From assembly GCF_037042905.1 (NCBI RefSeq), contig NC_087245.1, positions 7,998,001 to 8,062,000 of the forward strand: 64,000 nucleotides of DNA, read 5' to 3'. A model generated the notes under the pieces. The model ran no database searches. It worked only from the letters and a program-made list of their open reading frames with translations, and was not told where the DNA came from. The stretch comes from Lytechinus pictus. Its lineage: Eukaryota. This document shows positions 12,366 to 23,843 of this stretch, in pieces; position 1 is the first letter of the stretch, and each line of letters opens with the position of its first letter. A program made the translations under genes and the position numbers.

Positions 12366-12945
12366 CTGCAAAATATTAATGACAAGAAAAATATTATTAG
12401 TCGCTTCCCATTTAACACATTTATGTAGACTTTCCTAATGTGTAAACTTAATTCCCTTATTCGATTATCTTACAATCAGTAATTACGGTTTATGAGGGAT
12501 GAAGCAAAAGTTCTATATTTAGTTTCGATTTGCAACAAAACAGGAAATGCGATTCAAGTCCGGATGGTTCACCGGCAACTCGGTTACTGCAAGATATTAA
12601 TGACAAGAAAATATGATAACTCGCTTTCCATTTAACAAATTTATAAGTAGACTTTCCTGATATGTAAACTTAATTCCCCTAAGTCCCTATTCTGTTATCT
12701 TACAAGCAGTTTTTCATTCCAAAAATGAAATGTATACCTTATGAAAATGCATACATGGAAGGGTTCTTCTTGATACAGTGCACTTTGTGTAAAAGGGAAA
12801 TTAATCCTCGCGACTAACGATAAAAGACCTCGAATATATTTATTTCACCATGGAGGAACGGGTAAGCTAGTTGGATAAGGATGTTCATGCAATGTTCATT
12901 TCTAAATCAGATTCTAAAAGAGATGTAACCAATGGCACTACCTAC

Positions 12946-13182
12946 GTGTATTCTGTACGTAGAATAAGCATTCAGCCGAGTTGTTATATTCATCGACAGC
13001 AAACATTGTTACTGCCGTGTATCCAGGAGCGAGAGGTGCACCTTCTGTGACGTCATAAGTTACATTTGGGTACGGACTAGCATCATAATAGGTATACATA
13101 TCATTGGTCAATCCATGAAAGGTGTTTGGTGAATCGTTAGGGAGTGTTGCGTTGGAACACGTCACAATAGGAGGATCAGTGT
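12946..13182 (-). CDS. HYR exon, A-type (A4)
   Basis: Same splice signals, 237 bp, open frame. Confidence 0.87.
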
Positions 13183-14576
13183 CTGTAAAGAAAATGGGAA
13201 TAAAACGAATCATGTTAACGTTACTTTTTTAATCGATATGTAAGGTAAATCATTAATAATAGTTTGGCATGATGCCCTTGATGTACGTAGGCGCTTATCT
13301 ATTCATTATTACCCCTGTCATCGGATTCAATTAGTAATTCCCGCATATGCACATCCTCTACTCTTTGGGATTTATTATATGGAGCGCCAAGTGTAAGCCC
13401 TGTGATAAAACACCTGTAACTTCTTATTTTGTTACAAAAACAATCGACAGTTATGATATTTTTTCACAAAATCAATCGACGGCACACATAATCATGGACA
13501 AGCTCTAATCAATTTCACATCATTGCGGCTATCCACTTAGCCCCTGGGTGGAGAGTGGCAAAGTGTAGATTGATGCCTTGCCAAAGGACGTTAGGCCGCG
13601 GTGGGATTCGAACACATGGACCTCTGATTACAGGGCGAGAATCAGTATACACCACGGTTCTTCCACTTCTAATTATTAAGAATAACAGTAATTCTAAATC
13701 TCACCTAAACATATTTAATTGAATGAAATCGAAACCAAACCATAGTCAATTGATAATTAATTATCAATTATCAAACTAATACAAGTCTGCTAAAAAAATA
13801 TCGCGCCAGAGTGAAATACATTCAATTCATCAAGATCATCTACTGATCAATAAAGATGATTTTTCACGATGAAATTATTCTTTCATCTAAATGAAGCACC
13901 TGCGATGTGCATATACCGAAAGGCAGGAGTATATAAGTTTTAGAAATTCGCTTATACAATAAAGTCAGCAAAAAAATAGATCAATATGTTAATTAAATTA
14001 TTAGATTAGAGTATACCAGAATTCAGTAAATGAAGAAACCTCTGCACAATCTTCCTTCTTTCAGCTCAATCCGTACCTTATTTATCTCCAGATTTAATGT
14101 CATATCAAGCAAATGTGTAGAAATATGAAGATTTATCTTGAAACAATATGAAAATATATACCTTTAAAACGTGACACTATGGTGATATTGGATTTGTGTG
14201 ATATATGGATATATGGTCTGATATATGGATGCAAAGTTGAATCCTCTTTGCTCAGTGCGTACCAAAAAAAAATATATGTCTCTCCAGGACAAATAAGAGA
14301 TCTTTGTTACATTCATTTGAATAAAAAGGGTCTGCGTGACATCTTCTTCAGTATCAGGGAAAATTAAGTAAATAAGTAAGGTTACCCTTTTGTATTAGTT
14401 GATAGCTTTCCTATTATTAGACTATGAAAAAAAAATCAATAATCATGAGATTTTGAATTAAACAAATAAAAAAAAACGTGATTACTGTCTTCGGCACTAT
14501 TTGGTCAGGATTCAATCTTTACACACACGTGAATATAATTATTTATGAAGGTGATGTAACAATAAAATCATATTAC

Positions 14577-14849
14577 CTTCAACAGTATATATTCCTGTAC
14601 ATTTCTTTTCCAATTCATCATCAAAGATTATTGCTATCACTCCATGTGTTCCTATTGATACACTCCCTCCAACAGGGAATCCTCCTAGAGTAATATTAAC
14701 AGACACAGCATCTCCGTGATATCGGTAACCATCAACAGATTTGGTGACATTGTCTGCTCCAAAATCTGGCGTAAAATTGTAAGTCGCTTGATGTGGATTA
14801 GTGCGTACAGTGCGATTTAAGTCCGGACAGTTCACTGGTAGCTCGGTAA
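14577..14849 (-). CDS. HYR exon, B-type (B5)
   Basis: Same splice signals, 273 bp, open frame. Confidence 0.87.
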
Positions 14850-15429
14850 CTGCAAAATATTAATGACAAGAAAAATATGATTAGTCGCTTCCCATTTAAC
14901 ACATTCATGTAGACTTTCCTAATGTGTAAACTTAATTCCCTTATTCGATTCTCTTACAATCAGTAATTAAGGTTTGTGAGGGATGAAGCAAAAGTTCTAT
15001 ATTTAGTTTCGATGTGCAACAAAACAGGAAATGCGATTCAAGTCCGGATGGTTCACCGGCAACTCGGTTACGGCAAAATATTAATGACAAGAAATATGAT
15101 AACTCGCTTTCCATTTAACAAATTTATAAGTAGACTTTCCTGATATGTAAACTTAATTCCCCTAAGTCCCTATTCTGTTATCTTACAAGCAGTTTTTCAC
15201 TCAAAAAATGAAATGTATACCTAATGAAAATGCATACATGGAAGGGGTTCTTCTTGATACAGTGCACTTTGTGTAAAAGGAAAATTAATCCTCGCGACTA
15301 ACAATAAAAGACCTCGAATATATTTATTTCACCATGGAGGAACGGGTAAGCTAGTTGGATAAGGATGTTCATGCAATGTTCATTTCTAAATCAGATTCTA
15401 AAAGAGATGTAACCAATGGCACTACCTAC

Positions 15430-15666
15430 GTGTGTTCTGTACGTAGAATAAGCATTCAGCCGAGTTGTTATATTCATCGACAGCAAACATTGTTACTGCC
15501 GTGTATCCAGGAGCGAGAGGTGCACCTTCTGTGACGTCATAAGTTACATTTGGGTAAGGACTAGCATCATAATAGGTATACATATCATTGGTCAATCCAT
15601 GAAAGGTGTTTGGTGAATCGTTAGGGAGTGTTGCGTTGGAACACGTCACAATAGGAGGATCAGTGT
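15430..15666 (-). CDS. HYR exon, A-type (A5)
   Basis: Same splice signals, 237 bp, open frame. Confidence 0.87.
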
Positions 15667-17006
15667 CTGTAAAGATAATGGGGATAAAACGAATCATGTT
15701 ATTGTTACTTTTTTACTCGATATGTAAGGTAAATCATTAATAATAATTTGGCATGATGCCCTTGATGTACGTAGGCGCTTATCAATTCATTATTACCCCT
15801 GTCATCGGATTCAATTAGTAATTCCCGCATATGCACATCCTCTACTCTTTGGGATTTATTATATGGAGCGCCAAGTGTAAGCCCTGTGATAAAACACCTG
15901 TAACTTCTTATTTTGTTACAAAAACAATCGACAGTTATGATTTTTTTTCACAAAATCAATCGACGGCGCACATAATTATGGACAAGCTACAATCAATTTT
16001 ACATCATTGCGGCTATCCACTTAGCCCCTGGGTGGAGAGTGGCAAAGTGTGGAATTGACGCCTTGCCAAAGGACGTTAGGCCGTGGTGGGATTCGAACAC
16101 ACGGACTTCTGATTACAAGGCGAGAATCGGAATGCACCACGACTCTTCCATTTCAAACTTTTAAGAATAACAGTTATTCTCAATCTCACCTAAACATATT
16201 AAATTGAATGAAAGTGAAACCAAACCATAGTCAATTGATATTCAATTATAAACAAAGAAATACAAGTCTGCTTGAAAAAATATCTTGCACCAGAAAGAAA
16301 TACATTCAATTCATCAAGATCTATCAATAAAGATGAATTTCATGATGTCATTATTGTTTTATCTAAATGAGGCACCTGCGATGTGTATACATCGAAAGGC
16401 ACGGGTATATCAATTTCAGAAATTCGCTTTTTTCAATAAAGTCAGCAAAAAGTTAGAACAATATCTTCATTAAATCGTTAGGTAAGAGTACACCAGAATT
16501 CAGTAAATAAAGAAACCTCTTTCAGTTCAATCCGTATCATATTTATCTCCATATTCAATGTCATATCAAGAAAATATGTAGAAATATGCAGATTCCATTA
16601 CTTGAAACAATATGCAAATTTAAACCTTTAAAACGTGATACTAATATTGGGTATGTGTCTTTATATGGATGCAAAGTTGAACCCTCTTTCCTCAGTGCGT
16701 AACAAAAAATATGTCTCTCCAGGACAAATAAGAGATTATTCATTTAAATAAAAAGTGTCTGTGAGACATTTTCCTCAGTATCAGAAAAAATTAAGTAAAT
16801 AATTAAGGTTACCCTTTTGTATTAGTTGATAGCTTTTCTATTATTAGAATACGAAAAAACAAATTCAATAATCATGAGATTTCGAATGAAACAAAAAAAT
16901 TGATTACTGTCTTCGGCATCATTTGGTCACGATTCAATCTTTACACACACATGAATATAAAGTTATTAATATTTATGAAGGTGATGTGACAATAAAATCA
17001 TATTAC

Positions 17007-17279
17007 CTTCAACAGTATATATTCCTGTACATTTCTTTTCCAATTCATCATCGAAGATTGTTGCTACCACTTCATGTGTTCCTATTGATACACTCCCTCC
17101 AACAGGATATCCTCCTAGAGTAATATTAACCGACACAGCATCTCCGTGATATCGGTAACCAGAGGAAGATTTGGTGACACTGTCTGCTCCAAAATCAGGC
17201 GTAAAACTGTAGATCGCCTGACCTGGATCAGTGCTTACAGTGCGATTTAAGTCAGGACAGTCCACTGGTAGCTCGGTAA
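17007..17279 (-). CDS. HYR exon, B'-type (B6)
   Basis: ctttcag|TTACC...GAAG|gtaa, 273 bp; TELPVDCPDLNRTVSTDPGQAIYSF... Confidence 0.87.
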
Positions 17280-17684
17280 CTGAAAGAATAACAGAATTAA
17301 GTGCATAATGCTTTTCTGTATCTACCTGTAACATACGTTATGAACATCATATCATTCACATCGATCCTTCACACCGATCACACACCGATCCTCCTTTTGC
17401 ACCTTAGTCAAATTGTTGGTATGTCGTCCCGGAACAAGATAAATGTTGCTTTTTTTTAAGTTATGAAAATAGAAATATTCAAACAAAACTATTATGTTTA
17501 TATATAAAAATGATATACTAAATAAACCTTTTTGCTAGTAAGCTTTACGATCCATAGACAATAATTATTGTATCATTATTAAATTCATGGTTATTATTAA
17601 TATCATCGCTTTTGTTGTGATATGGGCTTTTAATTTATTGTAATGAATGAAAGTATAAAATAAGCTAGGGAGCAGTAAACTTAC

Positions 17685-17951
17685 GTGGATTAAACACATA
17701 GAAAAGGCAAGTGGCAGTATTATTGCAAATATCCGTTGAATACAATGTAACCGGTGTGTATCCTGGAGGGAATAAGTCTCCTTTGTTAGCAATTGTGACA
17801 TTATAGCTAATCCCACTAGGATTAGGATTAGCATCTGTAGTAGTGTATCCATTATTTAGAGTCAATCCATAAAAGGAATTGGAAAAGAAGGGATGAGTCC
17901 TTCCGTTTGAACACGTTACCTCTGGAGGATCGGGGTCGGTCAAACAGTAAT
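17685..17951 (-). CDS. HYR exon, C-type (A-related, 4 Cys) (C1)
   Basis: attttcag|ATTACTGT...AATCCAC|gtaag, 267 bp, phase 1-1; DYCLTDPDPPEVTC...GDLFPPGYTPVTLYSTDICNNTATCLFYV. Confidence 0.87.
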
Positions 17952-17972
17952 CTGAAAATAAGAATGGGGATA

Positions 17973-18214
17973 CAGTAGTATATGCAACGCAAATTAATTT
18001 TTCGACATGTTCATTACGAAAATCCAGTTTTGTGATAGATTTCGACATAATATTCAGAAAATGATATCATATTCCACCCTTCTCTCTTTCGTTTGCCTTC
18101 TTTTTCTTTTTTTTTATTTCTTGGTCATGATTTTTTTTTTTTTTTTTTTTTTTGGGGGGGGGGGGGAGTGGGGGAGCAAGCGCCCCTTATAGCTTCCACA
18201 TCTGTATGCCACTG
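17973..18214. mobile_element. Small MITE (CAGTGGCGTA-type termini)
   Basis: CAGTAGTATA...TATGCCACTG; internal TTCGACAT...TTTTGTGATAGATTT shared with 52093-52279. Confidence 0.55.
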
Positions 18215-19144
18215 CGTTTTATGAACAGACTTGCATGTTTTACCTGACAGTTATGAATTGCGCTCCTCTTTCAATCAACATTCATCTATACAGGTTTTAA
18301 CCTTGTCAGAGTTATTCCTTTTTAAACAAAACATTTTTTTCTGAATATATTGGTACACCTATAAGTCAAGTTCAATGTTTTTCACTCATGTAGCTAAAAG
18401 CGACATTATTGATATTGTGGCTAATTTGGATCATAAAAAATCTTCCTGGCTATGGTGATGTTAATAATTTGATTTTGAAAGGCGTAATACATGAAATTTT
18501 CGTTCCCTTGACGAGATATCACTCCTTACTGGTCTGGTCCCAGATAAAAAGAAAATTGCTAAGACCATTGCATTGTATAAAATGGTTAACAAGTTGAGTA
18601 TTAGAAAATATTATCATATCATCATTATATCAATATTATCATGTCTAAAAAATTTAGAAGGTTATTTATAGCAAAACAAGTCATATCCTAAAATTTGAAT
18701 ATTGTTCAAACTTTCTGATTTGATTTAAAGAAAGCATTATACATAACACGCATTATCAAAATTTTGACGATAAAATTTGACCGTTGCTTACATCTAGTCG
18801 GCATTTTTCTGAACTCCTCCATGGCCTTCAAAATCATTAACCATTAATTATATAAATTTTCTCATTTTGGAGTGCGCGGGAAGGCCTTGGAACGATTTAA
18901 AAGCTTCCTTTCTCGTAGCTCAGGCAACCTATATGTCGCTATATGTCATTGCATATTAATAATCATATACAGAAAAAACATTTTGACCGAAATAATTCTT
19001 ACAAAATTTGACAATCGATACCTTTATTGTTCTCATCGGATTTTTATTGTTTAACCTGTGCAATTTGAAGGAAATCATTAGTAATATTTTACTTAGAATT
19101 GAAATTTCATACCCATCTTAATAAAATTATTCGAACATTATTAC

Positions 19145-19417
19145 CTTCAACGGTATATATTCCTGTACATTTCTTTTCCAATTCATCATCAAAGATTATT
19201 GCTATAACTTCACGTGTTCCTATTGATACACTCCCTCCAACAGGATATCCTCCTAGAGTAATATTAACCGACACAGCATCTCCGTGATATCGGTAACCAG
19301 AGGAAGATTTGGTGACACTGTCTGCTCCAAAATCAGGCGTAAAACTGTAGGTCGCCTGACCTGGATCAGTGCTTACAGTGCGATTCAAGTCAGGACAGTC
19401 CACTGGTAGCTCGGTAA
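19145..19417 (-). CDS. HYR exon, B'-type (B7)
   Basis: ctttcag|TTACC...GAAG|gtaa, 273 bp, open frame. Confidence 0.87.
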
Positions 19418-19822
19418 CTGAAAGAATAACAGAATTAAGTGCATAATGCTTTTCTGTATCTACCTGTAACATACGTTATGAACATCATATCATTCACATC
19501 GATCCTTCACACCGATCACACACCGATCCTCCTTTTGCACCTTAGTCAAATTGTTGGTATGTCGTCCCGGAACAAGATAAATGTTGCTTTGTTTTAAGTT
19601 ATGAAAATAGAAATATTCAAACAAAACTATTATGTTTATATATAAAAATGATATACTAAATAAACCTTTTTGCTAGTAAGCTTTACGATCCATAGACAAT
19701 AATTATTGTATCATTATTAAATTCATGGTTATTATTAATATCATCGCTTTTGTTGTGATGTGGGCTTTTACTTTATTGTAATGAATGAAAGTATAAAATA
19801 AGCTAAGGAGCAGTAAACTTAC

Positions 19823-20086
19823 GTGGATTAAACACAGAGAAAAGGCAAGTGGCAGTATTATTGCAAATATCCGTTGAATACAATGTAACCGGTGTGTATC
19901 CTGGAGGGAATAAGTCTCCTTTGTTAGCAATTGTGACATTATAGCTAATCCCACTAGGATTAGGATTAGCATCTGTAGTAGTGTATCCATTATTTAGAGT
20001 CAATCCATAAAAGGAATTGGAAAAGAAGGGATGAGTCCTTCCGTTTGAACACGTTACCACTGGAGGATCGGAGTCGTTAGTACAGT
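19823..20086 (-). CDS. HYR exon, C-type (C2); first HYR exon recognised after the signal-peptide exon
   Basis: tttgtttgcag|ACTGTACT...AATCCAC|gtaag, 264 bp, phase 1-1; DCTNDSDPPVVTC... Confidence 0.87.
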
Positions 20087-21629
20087 CTGCAAACAAAAGA
20101 GAGAAAATAACGCGATACAAGATATAAAATTTTCAATGGTAAAACCCTAATTGACATAGAAGTAGATGTTGCCGCAATTCATCAGAAAAAAGAGAGAAAT
20201 CCCTAAACTCTCGATATTCTGTAGACAAAGTAATTATAAGTTTGTCAACTTCCTAATTGTTAGTGTACTTATAGTAGTTTTTTTTTTTTGTTTATGATTA
20301 AAAGAAAATCCCCATAACATTCTGTGCCCAATTAAATTAAACTTAAAAAACATATTTTCAGACTGAATGGATATGCAGACCCATTAAAATGACGAAGCAT
20401 ACAAATAAACTTAACTTCTAACAAAACATAAAAAATATATTTTCAGTGAATTATTTTTGTATATTTACATAAATAATTTCCACATTAGAATATGATCTTA
20501 TCGCAGACATAATATTTGGGAAAAAAGTAAGCATTTGGCTGCAAAAAAACTCTTTTCACCCCCGCTCCGCGAACACAGACTGTCGTCACAAGCCACCCAG
20601 AATACGCCACTGGGGTGAGCATTTACACATTTCAATAACATTATATATTACTCCCACTTTTCTGACACCCTGTGGAGCCGCGTTATGTGCAAACGCCGGG
20701 ATATGTGCAAATAACGGTATATGTGCAAAATTTCGCCAGGATTTGTGCAAACAACCGTATTTGTTCAAATGGTATAGGAGACTATGTTCTCCAGCTAGAT
20801 TTGCGTGCCAAAATAGATTTTATCAGCTAACTCTGTCAGTTTTGGGGTGCTGATTCAAAAAATTAGGGTGCTATTTTTTCCGAGCACGTCTTCTTCTATG
20901 GTTCAAGATGGGGCGCGGTAGATTCGATAGTGGACAAAATTCTCTATCGTTCTGTGTAAAATTTATTTCCAGAAGTTATGTAATTCTGCTGCTTTTAAAA
21001 GGTAAATTTCGTTAAAAGTTTTCACATTTCATTAAAAGTCTATGGAAGAGCGAGGAAATAGCCAAAGAATTTGTGCACTTCTTCTGTATCGACATCATTC
21101 AATTCAAAATAATAAATCGTATCGACATGGGGATTGGTGTTCTGGAGAGCTGTGATTTTAAGCTACATTTCTATGTAAGACTCATTGCCATTGGTCATTT
21201 AACTCTTTTGATAAAACAAAATCATTAATTAATTGAAATAATTGTCTCGAAATCAGAAAATCTCGGGTTGACGTTATGGGCGATACTATTACGGCAGAGG
21301 GGGAATTCACACGTGCAGCTCGGCCTCTCCGCATGCGTGATCAACTTGAGACGATGACCAAACATATTTTTGCGAGGGATTTAGAAGAAGAAAACCTCTT
21401 AAATATGTTTAAATCTAAATATTTTGACTATAAACTTTAGTAACACGATCCAGTATGCATTGAGATTGGTCCTGTTTAGTGCTCTCACCCCTATTTTGAT
21501 AATGGGAACGCCCGGTGGTATCACATCTCCAGTCAAGCATACCCGTAAGTAAACAACTTTAATAAGGCACACATCAAGTTGATCCCCTGGCTTGTCACGG
21601 TGTCCAAAATAGGGGTAAAGTTTTCATAA

Positions 21630-22290
21630 TGATAAATGGTGGCAATACCCATGTTTGTGATACCAATAGTTTCATTTAAATCATAAATGTTATTGTAGCT
21701 CATCAAATTAGGCCGCCATCTTGAATTTCAACATGGCCGCCATCTTGAAATAGGTTTTGTCTTTTATCTTGACCTTGTGAGCCATTCAAATACTTATAAA
21801 TGGTGGAAATACCCGTTAGTTGTACCAAAAACGTAATTAGATCAAAAATTTTCTTCCAATTCATTAAGCTTGACTGTCATCTTGAATTTCAGTATGGCCG
21901 CTATCTTTAATTTCAATATGGCTGCCATCTTAAAATGGAGTCAGTCCGTTTTCTCGACTTGCGAGCTATGATATCCCTCAAATATGGTTCAAATATACCC
22001 ATGTATGTGATACAAAAGACTAATTAGATCAGGATTTTTCTTCTTTCAACTTATCAAGCTTGGCTGCCATCTTGAATTTCAATATGGCCGCCATCTTAAA
22101 ATAGGTTTTATCGTTTATCTCGATCGTGAGCAATGAAATTCATATGAAATGATGGCAGTAGGGCCTAATCATGTTTGTAAAACAAGCTTCATTCAAGTTA
22201 GTACATCTATCATCTTTGGCTGCCATATTGAATTTCAATATGGCCGCCATTAACACATTTCGATGTTTCCTCTTCTATCTTGACCTGTAA
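21630..22290. repeat. Degenerate ~170 bp tandem repeat with paired GGCCGCCATCTTG motifs
   Basis: GGC(C/T)GCCATCTTGAATTTCAA(T/C)ATGGCCGCCAT recurs at ~21711, 21870, 22061 and 22217. Confidence 0.75.
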
Positions 22291-22619
22291 GCACATGGAT
22301 ATTTGTCTTATATCAGTGATAAATAGAACTAACCATTTCCGTCCGTTCTGCCGTTTTGAATCTCCTTAGCTTCCACCAGTTTTTTTTTATCCAGAATTTT
22401 CTACTCTCTGTGTATAAGCTTATGAAAGTGACTATGAACTGTGAAGATTACAGAAGAGAAGCCAGGAGCAATATTTACATCAAAGTTCCAAGTGCAACTG
22501 GTGAGAATTCTACCTTCAAGTTCGACCAGCTGTGTGATATTTTGTACTAATTTACTGTACAGTCCCATACTTTCACTTTTCCGTGCTTGAAAACTCCTCA
22601 CTTGGCCCTGTGTGTACTA

Positions 22620-22881
22620 CAGAGTGAGTCAGAAAAATGTCCCACTTTTGTAAAGTTGAATTGTTTAAAATATGAATATTTAATCATTAGTTTCATGATA
22701 TGTCTTGAAAGAGGTATCCTCCAAGTACATTCAGGTACCATTTTCATTTGATCACGTGCACGCATGACTGAACATCGGACAATCTTTAGAAGACTGTCAG
22801 ATCTCACTTGCGCCAAGTTACTGGGTGATGAATAAAACAGTGCTTTAGACAAAGACAGTCAGACAGACAGACTGGCATGCT

Positions 22882-22912
<31 letters not shown>

Positions 22913-23703
22913 ACAACACACATGGTAATAACTGGTTCATAATTTTCTCTTTTCTGATTAAGCATTTATTTTTAGCAAGATCGCTGAATGTTTAAGTGGC
23001 AATTCCCGACAATCTTTCCCCTTAAAACACATTCACTACCACCATCATATCATCATCATCCTCATTGTCATCATCTTGATCTTCATCATCATCATCAAGT
23101 GCACATAAATCGAATATGCTGGTTATGTCTTTTGTTGGTTAACAACGAAAATTTACAATGGATGTCTGTGCTTTTGTTGCACTTGCCTATAAAAGGGCTT
23201 GCCTGATTTGGCAGCAGTCACTTGAGCCTCTTTTTACAGTAGCAAAAGTACACGAATCATGGTTCGTCCTCAATTCACACCACAACATAGGTCATTTATG
23301 GTCACCGAGTATGCAAGGACTCAGAGTGTAGCAGTTGTTTTGCAAGGGTTTCGCCGCCGTTACCCAGATGTTCGGTGTCCCAGCAGAAAGACTGTTCTCC
23401 GGAATGTTCAGAAATATCACCGAACAGGAACGTACGTGTGTGTGTGTGTTTCAGTCTGTCGGACTGTCTTTGTTCAAAAGAGTGTTTTATTCCCCACCCA
23501 GTAACTTGGCGCAAGTGAGATCTGACAGTCTTCTAAAGATTGTCCGCTGTTCAGTCATGCGTGCAGGGGATCAAATGAAAAAGGTACCTGAATGTACTGG
23601 GAGGATACCTCTATCAAGACATATCATGAAACTAATGATTAAATATTCATATTTTAAACAATTCAACTTTACAAAAGTGGGACATTTTTTCTGACTCACT
23701 CTG
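22620..23703 (+). mobile_element. Non-autonomous Tc1/mariner-superfamily element with ~250 bp TIRs
   Basis: TA|CAGAGTGAGTCAGAAAAATGTCCCAC...GTGGGACATTTTTTCTGACTCACTCTG|TA; arms 22620-~22875 and ~23450-23703. Confidence 0.9.
23259..23504 (+). pseudogene. Truncated transposase: N-terminal HTH only (DUF4817-like), reading into the right TIR
   Basis: MVRPQFTPQHRSFMVTEYARTQSVAVVLQGFRRRYPDVRCPSRKTVLRNVQKYHRTGT matches the F...Y...S...FRRR.P...PSR.T....V.KF..TG pattern of mariner-like transposase N-termini. Confidence 0.75.
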
Positions 23704-23843
23704 TATATTGACGTGATTCTTGGAGACAGTCTCCACTCATTGCAAGTCAACCGTGAAGTGAACAGCATTAAAACTTGCTCTTCAATATTAAATTTGCAAA
23801 CCTGAATAGCTCATTCTGCGACCACTTTCGTCCTTATACTTTC

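Larger units (their letters stand above)
5524..17050 (-). repeat. Tandem array of ~2.43-2.48 kb units (A exon + SINE-bearing intron + B exon + intron), ~4.7 copies
   Basis: A exons end at 5524/7995/10478/12946/15430 and B exons at 7144/9624/12093/14577/17007; introns are near-identical between units. Confidence 0.95.

Noticed and set aside
17777-17785. KGD (and HGD in B exons) as integrin-binding motifs
   Set aside because: The KGD is part of the conserved HYR GD.FP.G turn, and there is no true RGD.
22401-23820. Possible coding sequence interrupted by the mariner MITE
   Set aside because: Rejoining the flanks gives in-frame stops and no recognisable domain.
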